NCBI GenBank assembly: GCA_963774265.1
Contig: CAVZDU010000010.1
Location: 320,001 to 384,000 of the forward strand
Direction: 5' to 3'
Source of the DNA: an uncultured Chloroflexia bacterium
GTDB taxonomy: Bacteria > Chloroflexota > Anaerolineae > CG2-30-64-16
DNA length: 64,000 bases
The stretch's first letter is position 1. The number at the start of each line of letters is the position of its first letter. A program made the translations under genes and the position numbers. The notes under the pieces were generated by a model. The model ran no database searches. It worked only from the letters and a program-made list of their open reading frames with translations, and was not told the DNA's origin. Below, piece by piece: positions 20,897-32,073 of this stretch.

Positions 20897-21729
20897 CGGG
20901 GATTGCACGTATCGCGGGCACGTTTGCGGCCACGCGCGGTGAGGGCCGCGCGGCGCTGATGCCCTACTTCACGGGCGGTTTTCCTGATCTTCGCACCTCC
21001 GAAGAGGTGCTGGTGGCGATTTCCGAAGGGGGCGCAGATCTCATTGAAGTCGGCGTGCCCTTCTCCGATCCCCTCGCCGATGGCCCGGTCATCCAGCGGT
21101 CGACGCAAATCGCGCTGGACAACGGCATGTCCGCCGCGAAGTGCCTGGCTTTGGTCGGCCGGTTGCGCGCGCGGGGTGTGCGGCAGCCGATCATGCTCAT
21201 GGGCTACGCCAACCCAATCATCGCCTATGGGGGCGCTCGCTACGTGCGTGATGCCGCGGCAGCGGGTGTGGACGGCCTCATCGTCCCGGACTTGCCCCCC
21301 GAAGAAGCAGCGGAACTCGAGGATGCGTGTCGCGAGGCTGGCCTCGCGATGATTTACCTGGTGGCGCCCACTTCAACGCCGGAACGGCTCCGGTACATCG
21401 CCGATCGCACCAGCGGCTTCCTGTATCTTGTCTCACTCACTGGAGTGACCGGTGCACGAGATAGCCTTCCTCCCGATTTGGGGGATTTGGTTTCCCGCGT
21501 CCGGCAGGTGGCACACACGCCACTCGCTGTTGGCTTTGGGGTGGCGCGACCGGAGCAGGCCGTCCAAGTCGGCAAGATGGCCGATGGAGTGATCGTTGGT
21601 TCGGCTCTGATCGGGGCGGTTGCCGAGGCGGCTGAGCCAGTCTCTGCCGCAGCAGGCTTTGTGCGCTCGCTGCACTTGGCCCTGTCGTCAGGCACAACCT
21701 CGCGGCAGCGGGAAGGGTCTAGCCTTTGA
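20893..21729 (+). CDS. trpA: Tryptophan synthase alpha chain
   Basis: [45 protein letters not shown]. Confidence 0.96.
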   Translation: MTGIARIAGTFAATRGEGRAALMPYFTGGFPDLRTSEEVLVAISEGGADLIEVGVPFSDPLADGPVIQRSTQIALDNGMSAAKCLALVGRLRARGVRQPIMLMGYANPIIAYGGARYVRDAAAAGVDGLIVPDLPPEEAAELEDACREAGLAMIYLVAPTSTPERLRYIADRTSGFLYLVSLTGVTGARDSLPPDLGDLVSRVRQVAHTPLAVGFGVARPEQAVQVGKMADGVIVGSALIGAVAEAAEPVSAAAGFVRSLHLALSSGTTSRQREGSSL

Positions 21730-22291
21730 CGCGCATAGGGATTCCGGCCACCATAAACAGCACCGTGTCTGCCTCGGCCGCAAGGCGTTGGTTGGCGCGT
21801 CCGAGCGCGTCGCGATACAACCTGCCCAGCGGATAGGGTGGCACCAGGCCCAGCCCAACCTCGTTGCTCACTACAATCCAGGTCGCGTTGCCGGCCCGGT
21901 ATGCACGCAAAATTTCGTTGACCTCGGCCAGTGCCGCCGCCTCTGCTCGCACAGCGTCCGCCGTTGCGCCCTCCGGCAGAGCGAGGACTACATTGCTGGT
22001 GAGCAGTGTCAGGCAGTCCAGGAGCACCACCTCGGCATCGGCCGCGGCAGGGGCGATGGCCTGCCCCACGGCTATCGGTGCCTCCACGGTGCGCCAACCC
22101 GAGGGTCGATCCTCTTTGTGCTTGGTGATCCGGGCGCGCATCTCGTCGTCCCACGCCTGCGCGGTTGCCACGTAAAGCACACGTCCGGCCGGGCTGGTTT
22201 CAGCCGCCAGCTTCTCAGCGTACGTGCTCTTGCCGCTGCGCGCGCCGCCAAGGATCAGAATCATTCGCTTAGGCGTCATTTGTTCGTTCAC
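21719..22291 (-). CDS. cobU: Bifunctional adenosylcobinamide kinase/guanylyltransferase
   Basis: [49 protein letters not shown]; GTG start overlaps the upstream stop. Confidence 0.94.
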   Translation of the reverse strand: MNEQMTPKRMILILGGARSGKSTYAEKLAAETSPAGRVLYVATAQAWDDEMRARITKHKEDRPSGWRTVEAPIAVGQAIAPAAADAEVVLLDCLTLLTSNVVLALPEGATADAVRAEAAALAEVNEILRAYRAGNATWIVVSNEVGLGLVPPYPLGRLYRDALGRANQRLAAEADTVLFMVAGIPMRVKG

Positions 22292-23073
22292 GTCGAACAC
22301 CGACCATTTGCTGCCAACGCGTGCCGGAGGGCCGCGAGCGAAGAGAGAAAGTCGTCCTGGTTGAATACCTCGAGCGACAACACCCCGCTGAAGCAGTCCG
22401 CCAGGTAGCCAGCGACTGCATTGAGCGACTCGGTCGGAGCATGGCTCAATGACTGATGGTCGCGGCTGCCGACGCCGTGTAAGTGTACCACGCGCGTGCG
22501 TGCACACCAGTCCCGGACATGGGACATCGGATCTATACCGGCCAGCCATAGGTGCCCGATGTCCATGGTCCGACTGACGGGCACACGGTCAAGCACCGGC
22601 GCGAACGCAGACGGATCCCACTTCTCCACATTCTCAACGGCCAGGAGCTCCGGTGCGGGCAGCCAGCCCGCCACGAGTCGAAGCGCATCTGCCGCGTTGT
22701 CTTGCCACTGAGCCAGCGTCGCTTCCGATCTGTCTTCTATCAGGACGCGACCATCAAGATGCACCGTGTAGGCGAATGGATCGAGGGCCGCGGTGGCCTC
22801 GATCACGCGGCGCGCCTTGATCAGCGACAGGTGTTGTTCCGCACCATCGTCCGCCAGGCGAAGGTCCAGCGGTAGATGCACGGTGTAGGTGATACCATGC
22901 ATCTTTGCCAGCTCCACCAGCCGCTCGCATTGCTCTGCTGTGGGCAAGTTCGACCCGTACTCATCTGTCTCAAAGAGAACCAACTCCACGTCGTCGACCA
23001 GCGGAGCGAGGTATTCGACGTTGGGCAGGATGTCGTCCGGTAGGATGTAGGATGTGGTGCCAACTCGAAACAC
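22288..23073 (-). CDS. cbiR: Probable cobamide-remodelling phosphodiesterase (AP endonuclease 2/TIM-barrel family)
   Basis: FRVGTTSYI...[38 protein letters not shown] metal-binding pattern; sits between cobS and cobU. Confidence 0.75.
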   Translation of the reverse strand: MFRVGTTSYILPDDILPNVEYLAPLVDDVELVLFETDEYGSNLPTAEQCERLVELAKMHGITYTVHLPLDLRLADDGAEQHLSLIKARRVIEATAALDPFAYTVHLDGRVLIEDRSEATLAQWQDNAADALRLVAGWLPAPELLAVENVEKWDPSAFAPVLDRVPVSRTMDIGHLWLAGIDPMSHVRDWCARTRVVHLHGVGSRDHQSLSHAPTESLNAVAGYLADCFSGVLSLEVFNQDDFLSSLAALRHALAANGRCST

Positions 23074-23077
23074 AGCA

Positions 23078-23830
23078 TCAGCTCCTTGCGACGAGGAAGG
23101 CCGCGATGAGCGTCGCCGTCTCCCCCAGTTCCACGATCGCGCCATACACATCGCCGGTCAGCCCGCCCAGACGCCGCGTGGCGAGCCCGGCCATTGCGGC
23201 CATTGCCAGGGCCGCGACGAAGGGCAGCACCAGCAGGCCGAATCCGCCCCAGCGCCAACTGAGCGCGAGGAGCGCGGCCGCAATGGTGGACGCGATCCAT
23301 ACCTCGCGGCGGCCCAGGCTGCGCCGGAAGAAGAACGCCATCCCTTCCTGCTTGGCCAAGGGGAAGATCGCTGCGGCGACGACTAGCGCCCAACGCGCCA
23401 GCGCCGGAGTCAGGACCAGGATGGCAGGGTTGCCCGCTGATGCAGACAAGGCGCCAAGCTTGATCAGGATCAACAGCAGCAGGCCAACACCGCCAAAGCT
23501 GCCAAGTCGAGGATCCTTCATAATCTCAAGCCGCCGGGCGCGGTCAACAGGCACGAAGAGGGCGTCACAGCAATCCGCCCAGCCGTCCAGGTGCAGCGCG
23601 CCCGTCAGTCCAACCCACGCAGCCAGTGTCAGGGCCGCGCATAGCATGGGGGCGAGGTCCCACATTCCGCTGCGGGTAAGCCCGAAGGCGATAGCCGCCA
23701 CGATGCCGCCAATGAGAGCGCCGACCAGGGGGTACCACGCCATGGCGCGGCCCGGTCTCGTCCCTTCGGCCCACTGCGAGCGGACGGGCAGGATGGTCAG
23801 CAGGCCGAGCGCGCGCAGGAAGTCACCCAT
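23078..23830 (-). CDS. cobS: Adenosylcobinamide-GDP ribazoletransferase (cobalamin synthase)
   Basis: LTGALHLDGWADCCD, RRLEIMKDPRLGSFG, LGGLTGDVYGA; polytopic membrane protein. Confidence 0.95.
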   Translation of the reverse strand: MGDFLRALGLLTILPVRSQWAEGTRPGRAMAWYPLVGALIGGIVAAIAFGLTRSGMWDLAPMLCAALTLAAWVGLTGALHLDGWADCCDALFVPVDRARRLEIMKDPRLGSFGGVGLLLLILIKLGALSASAGNPAILVLTPALARWALVVAAAIFPLAKQEGMAFFFRRSLGRREVWIASTIAAALLALSWRWGGFGLLVLPFVAALAMAAMAGLATRRLGGLTGDVYGAIVELGETATLIAAFLVARS

Positions 23831-23833
23831 CGC

Positions 23834-24882
23834 CTAGCGGTTGCTCACGCCCGCTGATTCGAACGTTGCCATCTCACCCAGGATACGAGCAGCCGCCTCA
23901 ACCACACTCATGGCCAGCACGGCGCCGGTGCCCTCGCCCATCCGCATGCGCATGTCTAGCAACGGCTCAAGCCCCAGGTAAGACATGGTTGCCGCGTGGC
24001 CTGGTTCGGTCGATTGGTGTGCGCCGATCATGTACTGTTTTGCAATTGGGTTCAGTGTGACGGCGATGAGCGCTGCAGAGCCGGTAATGAAGCCGTCGAC
24101 CAACACGGGGATTCCTGCAGCCGCGCCTGCCAGCATCGCGCCCGCCATTGCGCCGATCTCGAAGCCGCCGACCTTGGCGAGAACATCCAGGCCATCAGCC
24201 GGGTTGGGCTGGTTCACCTGGAGCGCCTTCCTGATGACATCCGCCTTGCGTCGCAGACCATCCGCATCAATTCCCGTGCCCACTCCTGTGACACGTTCAA
24301 CCGGTGTCCCCGTGATAATTCCGACGATGGCCGATGCCGGCGTAGTGTTACCGATGCCCATCTCGCCGCAAGCCAGTAGATCAAGCCCCGCATCAATCTC
24401 CGCCTGGGCAACACGTGCACCCAGTTCGAGAGCAGCGCGTGCCTGGTCGGCTGTCATAGCCGGACCGGCGCTTATGTCAGCGGTGCCGCGGTCGATCTTC
24501 CCGTGGATCAAGCCGGCTGTCGCGGGCAATCTCCTGACACTCCGGCGTCCACTACAATCACCCTGGCGTTCGCCTGGCGTGCAAGCACATTGATCGCGGC
24601 GCCGCCGTACAGGAAATTCAGCACCATCTGGCGGGTCACGGCCGAGGGATATGCGCTGACTCCTTGGGCCGTAACGCCGTGGTCACCCGCAAAGACGAGC
24701 ACCGCCTTGCGGTGGGGGATCGGGGGAGGGCACCGTCGGGTGATGCCGGCAAGCTGGATGCTCAGATCTTCCAGACGGCCGAGCGAGCCGGTGGGCTTGG
24801 TTAGCATATCCTGCCGTGCTCGGGCGGACTGCATGGCCGCGTTGTCGAGCGGGCGGATAGCGGCGATAACGGACTCGATCAT
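23834..24882 (-). CDS. cobT: Nicotinate-nucleotide--dimethylbenzimidazole phosphoribosyltransferase (frameshift near 24525)
   Basis: [25 protein letters not shown]; next frame [24 protein letters not shown]. Confidence 0.93.
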
Positions 24883-24903
24883 GGATGAGGGCCTCTCTTT
24901 GTG

Positions 24904-25214
24904 CTAGTACTCAATGCCAGGTTGCCCTGGGATGCCGCTGCGATAGGGGTGTTTGACTTCAGCCATCTCGGTGACGAGATCAGCATAGTCGATCAGTTCG
25001 GCCGGTGCACCGCGTCCGGTGATGATCAGGTGAAGGTGAGGCGGTTTGTTGTTCCGCTGATGAACTGGATGACGCAGACGCGCATGTCGCGGCCCCACGC
25101 TCGCATCGCGAGCCCAAGCGCCGCCGTCGTCTTGCCCTTGCCGTCGCCGGTGTTGACGATCACCAGTCCTTTGCGCGCTGGCCTTCCGCGCTGGCCCGGA
25201 CCTTCTTCGTTCAC
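24904..25214 (-). pseudogene. cobO: Cob(I)alamin adenosyltransferase with a large internal deletion
   Basis: N-terminal [14 protein letters not shown]...VIQFI joined out of frame at about 25057 to C-terminal HLIITGR...ADLVTEM.EVKHPY...GIEY; only about 103 codons and the central LDE motif region is absent. Confidence 0.82.
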
Positions 25215-25243
25215 TGATCCTCCTCAAGACTGCCGCGCCGCCC

Positions 25244-25279
25244 AAAAAACAACCCCGTCGATATCTGCTCGACGGGGTT
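25244..25279 (-). terminator. Intrinsic terminator in the riboswitch expression platform
   Basis: 11-bp stem AACCCCGTCGA/TCGACGGGGTT followed by GTTTTTT on the minus strand. Confidence 0.82.
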
Positions 25280-25289
25280 AGCAACCATG

Positions 25290-25430
25290 CCGCACCCCTG
25301 TCCGCGAGGGTGTCGAAAAACGTGCAGGCAGGCGAGAGGTCTGGCTTCCCCGGACATACGCCGGGGCAACAGTTGCGGGTCAGCGCCGGATGAAACCGGT
25401 CTTCTCTCGAGCTGCCACTCATGCACGACT
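25290..25430 (-). ncRNA. Cobalamin riboswitch (compact type)
   Basis: Minus strand GAGAAGACCGG..CCGGCGCTGACCCGCAACTGT...GAAGCCAGACC; CGTGCA/TGCACG closing helix; downstream hairpin with a GCGG loop able to pair with CCGC; upstream of cob genes. Confidence 0.88.
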
Positions 25431-25502
25431 TGTACAGTTTGTAACACGGGCCATGTTCGCTGTCAAATTGAAACTCGGGACGCGATGCGGTAGAATGGCT
25501 CT

Positions 25503-27272
25503 ATGTTCCCTCAGTCCTATCGTCCGCAGAGTTGGCGCGCCTTGGCTGCCATCTCATTTGACATGCTTGTCATCGGCGGAGGCATCACGGGCGCTGGCAT
25601 TGCTCGTGAGGCAGCCCGCGCTGGCCTGCGGGTAGCGCTGGTCGAGCAGCGCGATTTCGCCTGGGGCACATCCAGCCGATCCTCGAAGCTCGTGCACGGT
25701 GGACTGCGCTATCTGAAGGCGGGCCGCGTGGGACTCACACGGGCTTCGGTCAGTGAGCGGCAGCGGCTGTTGGAGGAGGGCCCAGGGCTCATCGACCCGC
25801 TCGGCTTCCTTCTGGCCACATACAAGGACGACTCTCCTGGGCGGCGCATGTACGGCGCGGGTCTCTCCGTGTATGATCTGCTTGCCCTCCAATGGACTCA
25901 CCGTTATTATTCCGCCGCGGCTTTCAAACAGTTTGCACCTTTCATCTCCGACGTGGGCTTGCAGGGCGGCTTCCGATATGGCGATGCACAGACCGACGAT
26001 GCGCGGCTCGTCTTGCGGGTGTTGAGCGAGGCGGTCGCCGACGGCGCGCTCGTGCTCAATTACGTTCGGGTCGACTCCCTGATCCGCGAGGCTGGGACGG
26101 GCAGGGTTATCGGCGCGCAGATCCGGGATTGTGCATCCGATCGAGGCGAAGTCATCGACGTGCATGCGACTGTCGTCGTAAACGCCACCGGTGCATGGGC
26201 CGACAGGTTGCGCGAACAAGTCGGCGGCGTCCGCCGGATTCGGCCGCTTCGGGGAAGCCACCTGATCTTCCCGTCATGGCGCTTACCCGTCACTCAGGCT
26301 CTGAGCTTTCTCCATCCCGTTGACCTGCGCCCAGTTTTCATCTTTCCTTGGGAGGGCGTGACTCTGGTCGGTACGACCGATGTTGACCATGATGAAGCGC
26401 TCGATGAGGAACCGTGCATTAGCGCGGACGAGGTCGCGTACCTCATGGCCGCGGTTGCCTCGCAATTTCCCACCTTGAGACTCACGCTGGACGACGTTGT
26501 GAGCACATTTGCTGGAGTGCGGCCGGTGATTGGCTCGGGCAAGGCGGATCCGTCCAGGGAGTCACGCGATCATGTTGTTTGGGAGGAATCTGGCCTGCTT
26601 ACGGTCACCGGCGGCAAGCTGACAACCTTCCGGCGTATCGCGCTCGACGCGCTCGGCGTTGCCCGCAGGCGTTTGCCCGAAATGGGCGAACCGAATGGCG
26701 ACACGCCGGTGTTGAACCCCGTTTACCTTCCCCTGGGCAACAACTCCCTATCAGAAGCGGAGCGCAGACGATTGCTTGGACGCTATGGAAAGGATGCGCC
26801 CGCGCTGGTGGCTGCGGCAAGGCCTGGCGAATTGGATCGGGTTCCGGGCGTCGCCACTCTGTGGGTTGAGCTTCGTTGGGGGGCACGCGCCGAGGGTGTC
26901 GTCCACCTGGACGATCTACTATTGCGGCGCACTCGCCTGGGAATTCTCTTGCCCCAGGGCGGCGCCGAAATCATGGGGCGCATTGGTAAAATCATCCGGG
27001 AGGAACTGGGCTGGGGCAAGGACCGGTGGCATGCGGAACTGGATGCCTACCAGCGGCTTTGGCGGGAACACTATAGCCTGCCCGATCGCTCGGCCATCCC
27101 CGATTGGACCCTCATGCTTCACCAGGCGCGAGAGACGCGCACTGCCCGCGCGATCCTGCGCAGGCAGCGTCGCCGTCGTCGGTGGGTGCGTGGTGGTATT
27201 GCCTCTGGCGCAGTCGCCGGTGCTGGCTTGTTGGTAGGCCTTGGACGATGGGCCTGGCGAAGGAGAAAATGA
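25503..27272 (+). CDS. glpD: FAD-dependent glycerol-3-phosphate dehydrogenase/oxidase family protein
   Basis: [59 protein letters not shown]. Confidence 0.88.
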   Translation: MFPQSYRPQSWRALAAISFDMLVIGGGITGAGIAREAARAGLRVALVEQRDFAWGTSSRSSKLVHGGLRYLKAGRVGLTRASVSERQRLLEEGPGLIDPLGFLLATYKDDSPGRRMYGAGLSVYDLLALQWTHRYYSAAAFKQFAPFISDVGLQGGFRYGDAQTDDARLVLRVLSEAVADGALVLNYVRVDSLIREAGTGRVIGAQIRDCASDRGEVIDVHATVVVNATGAWADRLREQVGGVRRIRPLRGSHLIFPSWRLPVTQALSFLHPVDLRPVFIFPWEGVTLVGTTDVDHDEALDEEPCISADEVAYLMAAVASQFPTLRLTLDDVVSTFAGVRPVIGSGKADPSRESRDHVVWEESGLLTVTGGKLTTFRRIALDALGVARRRLPEMGEPNGDTPVLNPVYLPLGNNSLSEAERRRLLGRYGKDAPALVAAARPGELDRVPGVATLWVELRWGARAEGVVHLDDLLLRRTRLGILLPQGGAEIMGRIGKIIREELGWGKDRWHAELDAYQRLWREHYSLPDRSAIPDWTLMLHQARETRTARAILRRQRRRRRWVRGGIASGAVAGAGLLVGLGRWAWRRRK

Positions 27273-28846
27273 AAGACCTTCTGCTTGCGATCGACAACGG
27301 AACCCAGAGTGTGCGGGCGTTGGTGTTCGACCTGCACGGCAATCTGCTGGCGCGTTCTCGCCTGCCGCTGGAGCCATATCTGTCTCCCCAACCCGGCTGG
27401 GCAGAGCAAGACGCCGACTACTACTGGCATTCGCTATGTGACGCATGCCAGCAACTCTGGCGGCAGGCTGAGGCGACCGGTAAGCCATCTGAACTTAGGG
27501 AGCGTATCGCAGGCGTCGCGCTGACGACGCAACGCTCGACCATTGTGAATGTCGGCCGGGATGGTCGCCCATTGCGTCCCGCGATGGTCTGGCTTGACCA
27601 GCGGCGTACTTACGGGCTGAAACCGGTTGGCGGTCTGTGGGGCCTGGCGTTCAAGCTGGTTGGCATGACAGATACCGTCTCTTACCTCCAGGCTGAGGCC
27701 GAAGCCAACTGGCTTCGCACAAACCAGCCCGAGATTTGGGACAAGACCTACAAATATCTCTTCCTTTCCGGCTATCTCACCTACAAACTGACCGGCCGGA
27801 TGGCCGACTCCGTTGGTTCCCAGGTCGGCTATGTCCCATTCGATTACAAGAAGCTGACTTGGGCCGGGCCGAGCGACTGGAAGTGGCAGGCAGTGCCGAT
27901 TCACAAGGATAAGCTCGTGGAGCTTGTTCCGCCAGCTGGCAGAATTGGGGAAATCACGACCGCGGCCGCTGAGGCGACCGGCATTCCCCCTGGGTTGCCG
28001 CTCATCGCGGCGGCGGCAGACAAGGCATGTGAGGTGATCGGCGCGGGCTGCGTTGATCCGCACATCGGCTGCTTGAGCTACGGAACCACTGCCACCATCA
28101 ACACGACACACCGCCGGTATGTCGAGGTCATCCCCCTGATCCCACCCTATCCTGCGGCCGTGCCCGGCGCGTACAGCTTGGAGATACAGGTCTATCGCGG
28201 CTTTTGGATGGTGAGTTGGTTCAAGGAGCAGTTCGGGCATGCGGAGCAGCAACTGGCCGAAGAGCGAGGCGTCGAGCCCGAGGCGTTGCTCGACCAGCTG
28301 GTGAAGCAGGCGCCGCCCGGATCGATGGGGCTCGTGTTGCAGCCGTATTGGTCACCGGGGCTGAAGATGCCGGGACCGGAGGCGAAAGGCGCTATCGTGG
28401 GTTTTGGCGATGTGCATGGTCGAGCGCACATTTACCGGTCCATCCTGGAAGGACTGGCGTTTGCTCTGTTGGACGGCAAAGAACGCACCGAACAGCGCAG
28501 CGGTGTGAAGGTGACTGAACTGCGCGTGTCCGGCGGTGGCTCCCAGAGCGACGCAGCAATGCAGCTCACGGCGGACATCTTCAATCTGCCGACTGCTCGA
28601 CCACATGTATACGAGACATCGGGTCTGGGCGCGGCGATGGACGCTGCAGTGGGCTTGGGCTTGCACTCGGATTTTGAGGTGGCTGTGAAAGAGATGACGC
28701 GTGTCACCAGGGTGTTTGAGCCCGATCCTGCCAACCGTGCCCTGTACGATGGCCTGTTCAATCGGGTGTACAAGCGGATGTACGAACGGCTGCGGCCACT
28801 GTACGAGGAAATCCGGGAGATCACGGGCTACCCGCCCAAGGTATAG
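27269..28846 (+). CDS. FGGY-family carbohydrate kinase
   Basis: [43 protein letters not shown]; ATGA overlap with the glpD-like gene. Confidence 0.92.
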   Translation: MKDLLLAIDNGTQSVRALVFDLHGNLLARSRLPLEPYLSPQPGWAEQDADYYWHSLCDACQQLWRQAEATGKPSELRERIAGVALTTQRSTIVNVGRDGRPLRPAMVWLDQRRTYGLKPVGGLWGLAFKLVGMTDTVSYLQAEAEANWLRTNQPEIWDKTYKYLFLSGYLTYKLTGRMADSVGSQVGYVPFDYKKLTWAGPSDWKWQAVPIHKDKLVELVPPAGRIGEITTAAAEATGIPPGLPLIAAAADKACEVIGAGCVDPHIGCLSYGTTATINTTHRRYVEVIPLIPPYPAAVPGAYSLEIQVYRGFWMVSWFKEQFGHAEQQLAEERGVEPEALLDQLVKQAPPGSMGLVLQPYWSPGLKMPGPEAKGAIVGFGDVHGRAHIYRSILEGLAFALLDGKERTEQRSGVKVTELRVSGGGSQSDAAMQLTADIFNLPTARPHVYETSGLGAAMDAAVGLGLHSDFEVAVKEMTRVTRVFEPDPANRALYDGLFNRVYKRMYERLRPLYEEIREITGYPPKV

Positions 28847-28891
28847 AACGTTCGCGAGGCGACTGGCAAGACATGATGGGGAGGAGAGTCA

Positions 28892-29629
28892 ATGGCGCCC
28901 ATCCTCAGTCCGTTGCAGATAGGCTGGTTGATCGCGCTGGCTGCGATTTGGGCGGCGCTGCTGTTTGGCGGCTACTTCGCCGGCCGGCGACGTCATTCTT
29001 CTGGTCGTTGCACCCCCGTGTGGAACTGTATGCTGTCATCGCTGGTCCTTGTCGTGGCCGCGTGGAGCTGGGTGGTCTTTGTTTGGAACACGTCGGCCGC
29101 TGGTTTTGCCTTGCTGATCGGCATCGGCATGACCTTGGGACTCATCGGCGATCTTCTGATGGCTGGCCTGATCCACACCGGCGAACGGACGCTCAGTGGC
29201 ATGGCCGCATTTGGGCTGGGTCACGGTGCTTACATAATCGCAGGTCTCCGTTTCGGCAATCAGGCAGGATTGGATGCGCTGGCCCCGCGGTTCGCGGGCT
29301 GGTCACTGTGGCTTCTCGTGGGCATTCTGGGGTGGTATCTGGTCGTATACCGAGATCAGCACCCAACCTTCATGCGCTGGGCTGCGCTTCCGTATTCGCT
29401 TCTCCTCGCTTCAACGGCCGGCGTCGCCACTGGTCTTGCCTTACAGAATCCGCGCTTTGCGCTGTTTGCGTTGGGCGCAGGCCTCTTCCTTTTCAGCGAT
29501 CTGCTGATCGCGGCGAGGTTATTTGCCGGGAAGGCGCTGCGAACGATCTCTATCGACGACTTGATCTGGCTGACTTACGGCCCCGGTCAGATGCTTATCG
29601 TATACTCGATCTGGGCGGCTGCCGTGTGA
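28892..29629 (+). CDS. Lysoplasmalogenase (YhhN/TMEM86) family membrane protein
   Basis: GDLLM, GMAAFGLGHGAY, GAGLFLFSDLLIA, IWLTYGPGQ. Confidence 0.85.
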   Translation: MAPILSPLQIGWLIALAAIWAALLFGGYFAGRRRHSSGRCTPVWNCMLSSLVLVVAAWSWVVFVWNTSAAGFALLIGIGMTLGLIGDLLMAGLIHTGERTLSGMAAFGLGHGAYIIAGLRFGNQAGLDALAPRFAGWSLWLLVGILGWYLVVYRDQHPTFMRWAALPYSLLLASTAGVATGLALQNPRFALFALGAGLFLFSDLLIAARLFAGKALRTISIDDLIWLTYGPGQMLIVYSIWAAAV

Positions 29630-29632
29630 CCT

Positions 29633-30214
29633 TCAGCGACGTTCCATCACCTTCGCCACAGCCGCTGCCCGACTCTCCACATCCAACTTCTCGAAGATAG
29701 ATTTGAGGTAGCGCTTCACCGTATTTTCCGAGATGACCATTTCACGCGCGATGCCCTTGTTAGTGAGGCCTTGAGCCAGTAGCATCATGACATCGCGTTC
29801 GCGGGGTGTGAGAGGGGCCAGCGGATCTTGGGGTTGCGGCTGTGACAGAATCTGCCGCACTATGTCCTTAAACTCGGCCCGACGGAAGGCTTCTTTCCGC
29901 AGGCAGGTGAACGCCCCATGCTCCTTGATGACAGCCACGGCGATCTCCACTGTGGCGAACCCGGTGAGCAGGATGGGCGTGCACGGGGGATCGACCTGCC
30001 CCAGCGAAGTCAGCACACCGATGCCATCGCGGTTGCCTTCGTCGTCTGTCCGTAACGAAAGATCGACGACGGCTATCCGATGCGGATCTGCGGCCATCGC
30101 CACATTCGCCGTTGACAGATCAACGGCAACGTCGACGTGTAGCCCAATGTCGGTCAGAATCTCGGTCAGGATCTCCTGCCACGCCGAGTCATCTTCAACC
30201 ACTAACGCGCGCAT
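29633..30214 (-). CDS. Response regulator (REC plus LuxR HTH)
   Basis: LVVEDD, VVDLSL, LTGF; LTPRERDVM...GLTNKGIA...SENTVK. Confidence 0.92.
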   Translation of the reverse strand: MRALVVEDDSAWQEILTEILTDIGLHVDVAVDLSTANVAMAADPHRIAVVDLSLRTDDEGNRDGIGVLTSLGQVDPPCTPILLTGFATVEIAVAVIKEHGAFTCLRKEAFRRAEFKDIVRQILSQPQPQDPLAPLTPRERDVMMLLAQGLTNKGIAREMVISENTVKRYLKSIFEKLDVESRAAAVAKVMERR

Positions 30215-31995
30215 GGCAGCCTGATTCGAAAAGCGGTGCCGGATCGGCCGTCACTCTCCACGGCGATTGACCCACCGGCTCGGGCAATCAGTGTTTTCAC
30301 CCACCACAGGCCGAAACCGAGGCGGCTGCCCTTTGCCTCGCGGCGCTGGCCCGAGAAATCAAACTCGAAGATGCGGCTCTGCAGTTCGGGCGGGACGCCG
30401 GGACCATTGTCCGTCACTGTGAGCTCCACAGAGTTGTCGGTAACCGCACCCGAGATAGTGATTCGTCCCCGCCCCCCTAGCGCCTCTCCGGCGTTATCGA
30501 GGAGATTCAGAAGCACCAGGGTGAGTCCCTCACGACTGGCCAGCACTGGAGCCAGGCCGGATAACTGGGCGCTCTGCTCAACTCTCACGCCCCCTGGCAG
30601 TCGGGCCGCTCGCAGCGCCTCGGCAAGACAGTCTGCGATGTTGACGGGCCCAGGGTTGATCGGATGCAGCAGAGCCAAACGTTCGCGCACCGTACGCATT
30701 GCATCCAGGGCAGCACGTTCGATCTCCGCCAGGTTAGCGGCGAGATAGGGACTTTCAGCAATCTGTCGCGCGCATTTGTCTTGGATCCCTTCGACGCGCA
30801 CTGGGATCGTACCGACCCTGTTGTTGAGATGGTGGAGCAGGTTTGCCGCGATGTCGCCCATCGCCGCAAACGTTTCGGCAATGGCGTGCGCCTCGCGCGC
30901 CTCGCGCAGCGCCTCCTGACGGGTCGCGCTCTCCTGTGCCAGCGCTGCATACTGAGAGAGGATCGCCCCAACTTTACGATCCCATTCCGTGTCGCCGTTC
31001 ACCAATTCCTCGCGCAATGCTTGGATGTGCGCCAGCACCTGCTCCAAGTTCTGGGAGAGCACGCGGGCTGAGGTGTCGCGCAGCGCATCCAGCAAGCGCA
31101 CCTCCTGGATCGCGATGACTGCCTGTCCTGCGAGCCCCTGGAGTAAATGGCCGTCGGCCTCGGTGAACGCCCCTATCTGCGGGCTTTCCAGGTTGAGCAC
31201 GCCCTCCAGCCGGCCGCCCGCGCCGACGAGTGGCACAGCGAGCTCGGAGCGCATCTGCAGACCATGGTCGAGCGGGTAGTAGATCTTTGCCCACGGCATT
31301 TCGCGCACATCCGCGATGATGACAGGCTGTTGGGTTTTTGCCACCATGCCCATCACGCTGGTGACGTTGATTGGGAGGGCCTCAACTGCAGGCCGCCCAA
31401 GATCCTCGCCCGCGATGGCTGCCATGACCAGGACGCCGCGTTTCCTGTCCACCAGGCGGAAGATGCCGTAGCGCGCGTGGGTGATTTCTAGCGCCATGTG
31501 GAGGATCGTTTCGAGGGTGTCTTGCAGTCCGGTTCGCGAGGAAATGAGCAAACCCGCGTGCCGGAGCAGGGCGAGCTCATCCTCCTTGCGCGCAAGCATG
31601 CGCTGCGCATCGCGATCGCGATGCGCAGCGGCATGAAGGAGCGCGCCCGCAGTGAGGTGAGCGAAGTTGTGGAGGATCGCCTCTTCGGCGGGAGCGAGTG
31701 TCCGGCCGGGTGGGAGTCCTACGGAGAGCACACCTAGTTGCCGATTCGTTACGCGGAAAGGCAAATTCAGGATCAAGCCGGCGTCTGGAGCGACTTGCGG
31801 ACGCCCTGCACTGGGTCGCTCCTCCCCGATAGCAATCTCCGCAGAGGCGCCTTCGATCAGCCCGGCCGCGGCCTCGGCCGTCCGCTGCAGGATATCCCCA
31901 AGCGCGAGCGAATCATCAGGATCGAGCCGGTTGACCGCGATCTCGATTTCACCCATCCGGCCCAACGCGGCGACCAGCCGCTCCTCATCGCGCAT
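30202..31995 (-). CDS. GAF-domain cytoplasmic sensor histidine kinase
   Basis: GAF (SELAVPL...GVLNLES), H-box LLHHLNN, NLLDNA, DNGPGVP, GFGLWW. Confidence 0.88.
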   Translation of the reverse strand: MRDEERLVAALGRMGEIEIAVNRLDPDDSLALGDILQRTAEAAAGLIEGASAEIAIGEERPSAGRPQVAPDAGLILNLPFRVTNRQLGVLSVGLPPGRTLAPAEEAILHNFAHLTAGALLHAAAHRDRDAQRMLARKEDELALLRHAGLLISSRTGLQDTLETILHMALEITHARYGIFRLVDRKRGVLVMAAIAGEDLGRPAVEALPINVTSVMGMVAKTQQPVIIADVREMPWAKIYYPLDHGLQMRSELAVPLVGAGGRLEGVLNLESPQIGAFTEADGHLLQGLAGQAVIAIQEVRLLDALRDTSARVLSQNLEQVLAHIQALREELVNGDTEWDRKVGAILSQYAALAQESATRQEALREAREAHAIAETFAAMGDIAANLLHHLNNRVGTIPVRVEGIQDKCARQIAESPYLAANLAEIERAALDAMRTVRERLALLHPINPGPVNIADCLAEALRAARLPGGVRVEQSAQLSGLAPVLASREGLTLVLLNLLDNAGEALGGRGRITISGAVTDNSVELTVTDNGPGVPPELQSRIFEFDFSGQRREAKGSRLGFGLWWVKTLIARAGGSIAVESDGRSGTAFRIRLPCAR

Positions 31996-32007
31996 CCATC
32001 CTCTCCA

Positions 32008-32051
32008 CAAAAAGAAACCAGGTCTCTCGCGCAAGGTGGAAACCTAGCTTC
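32008..32051 (-). terminator. Intrinsic terminator after glnA
   Basis: Minus strand AGAAGCTAGGTTTC...GAGACCTGGTTTCT then TTTT. Confidence 0.6.
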
Positions 32052-32073
32052 TGATTGTACCACAAGAGCAGAC

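Noticed and set aside
21719-21729. Overlapping 3' ends of the convergent trp and cob operons as antisense regulation
   Set aside because: An 11-nt overlap is common in compact genomes and there is no further evidence.
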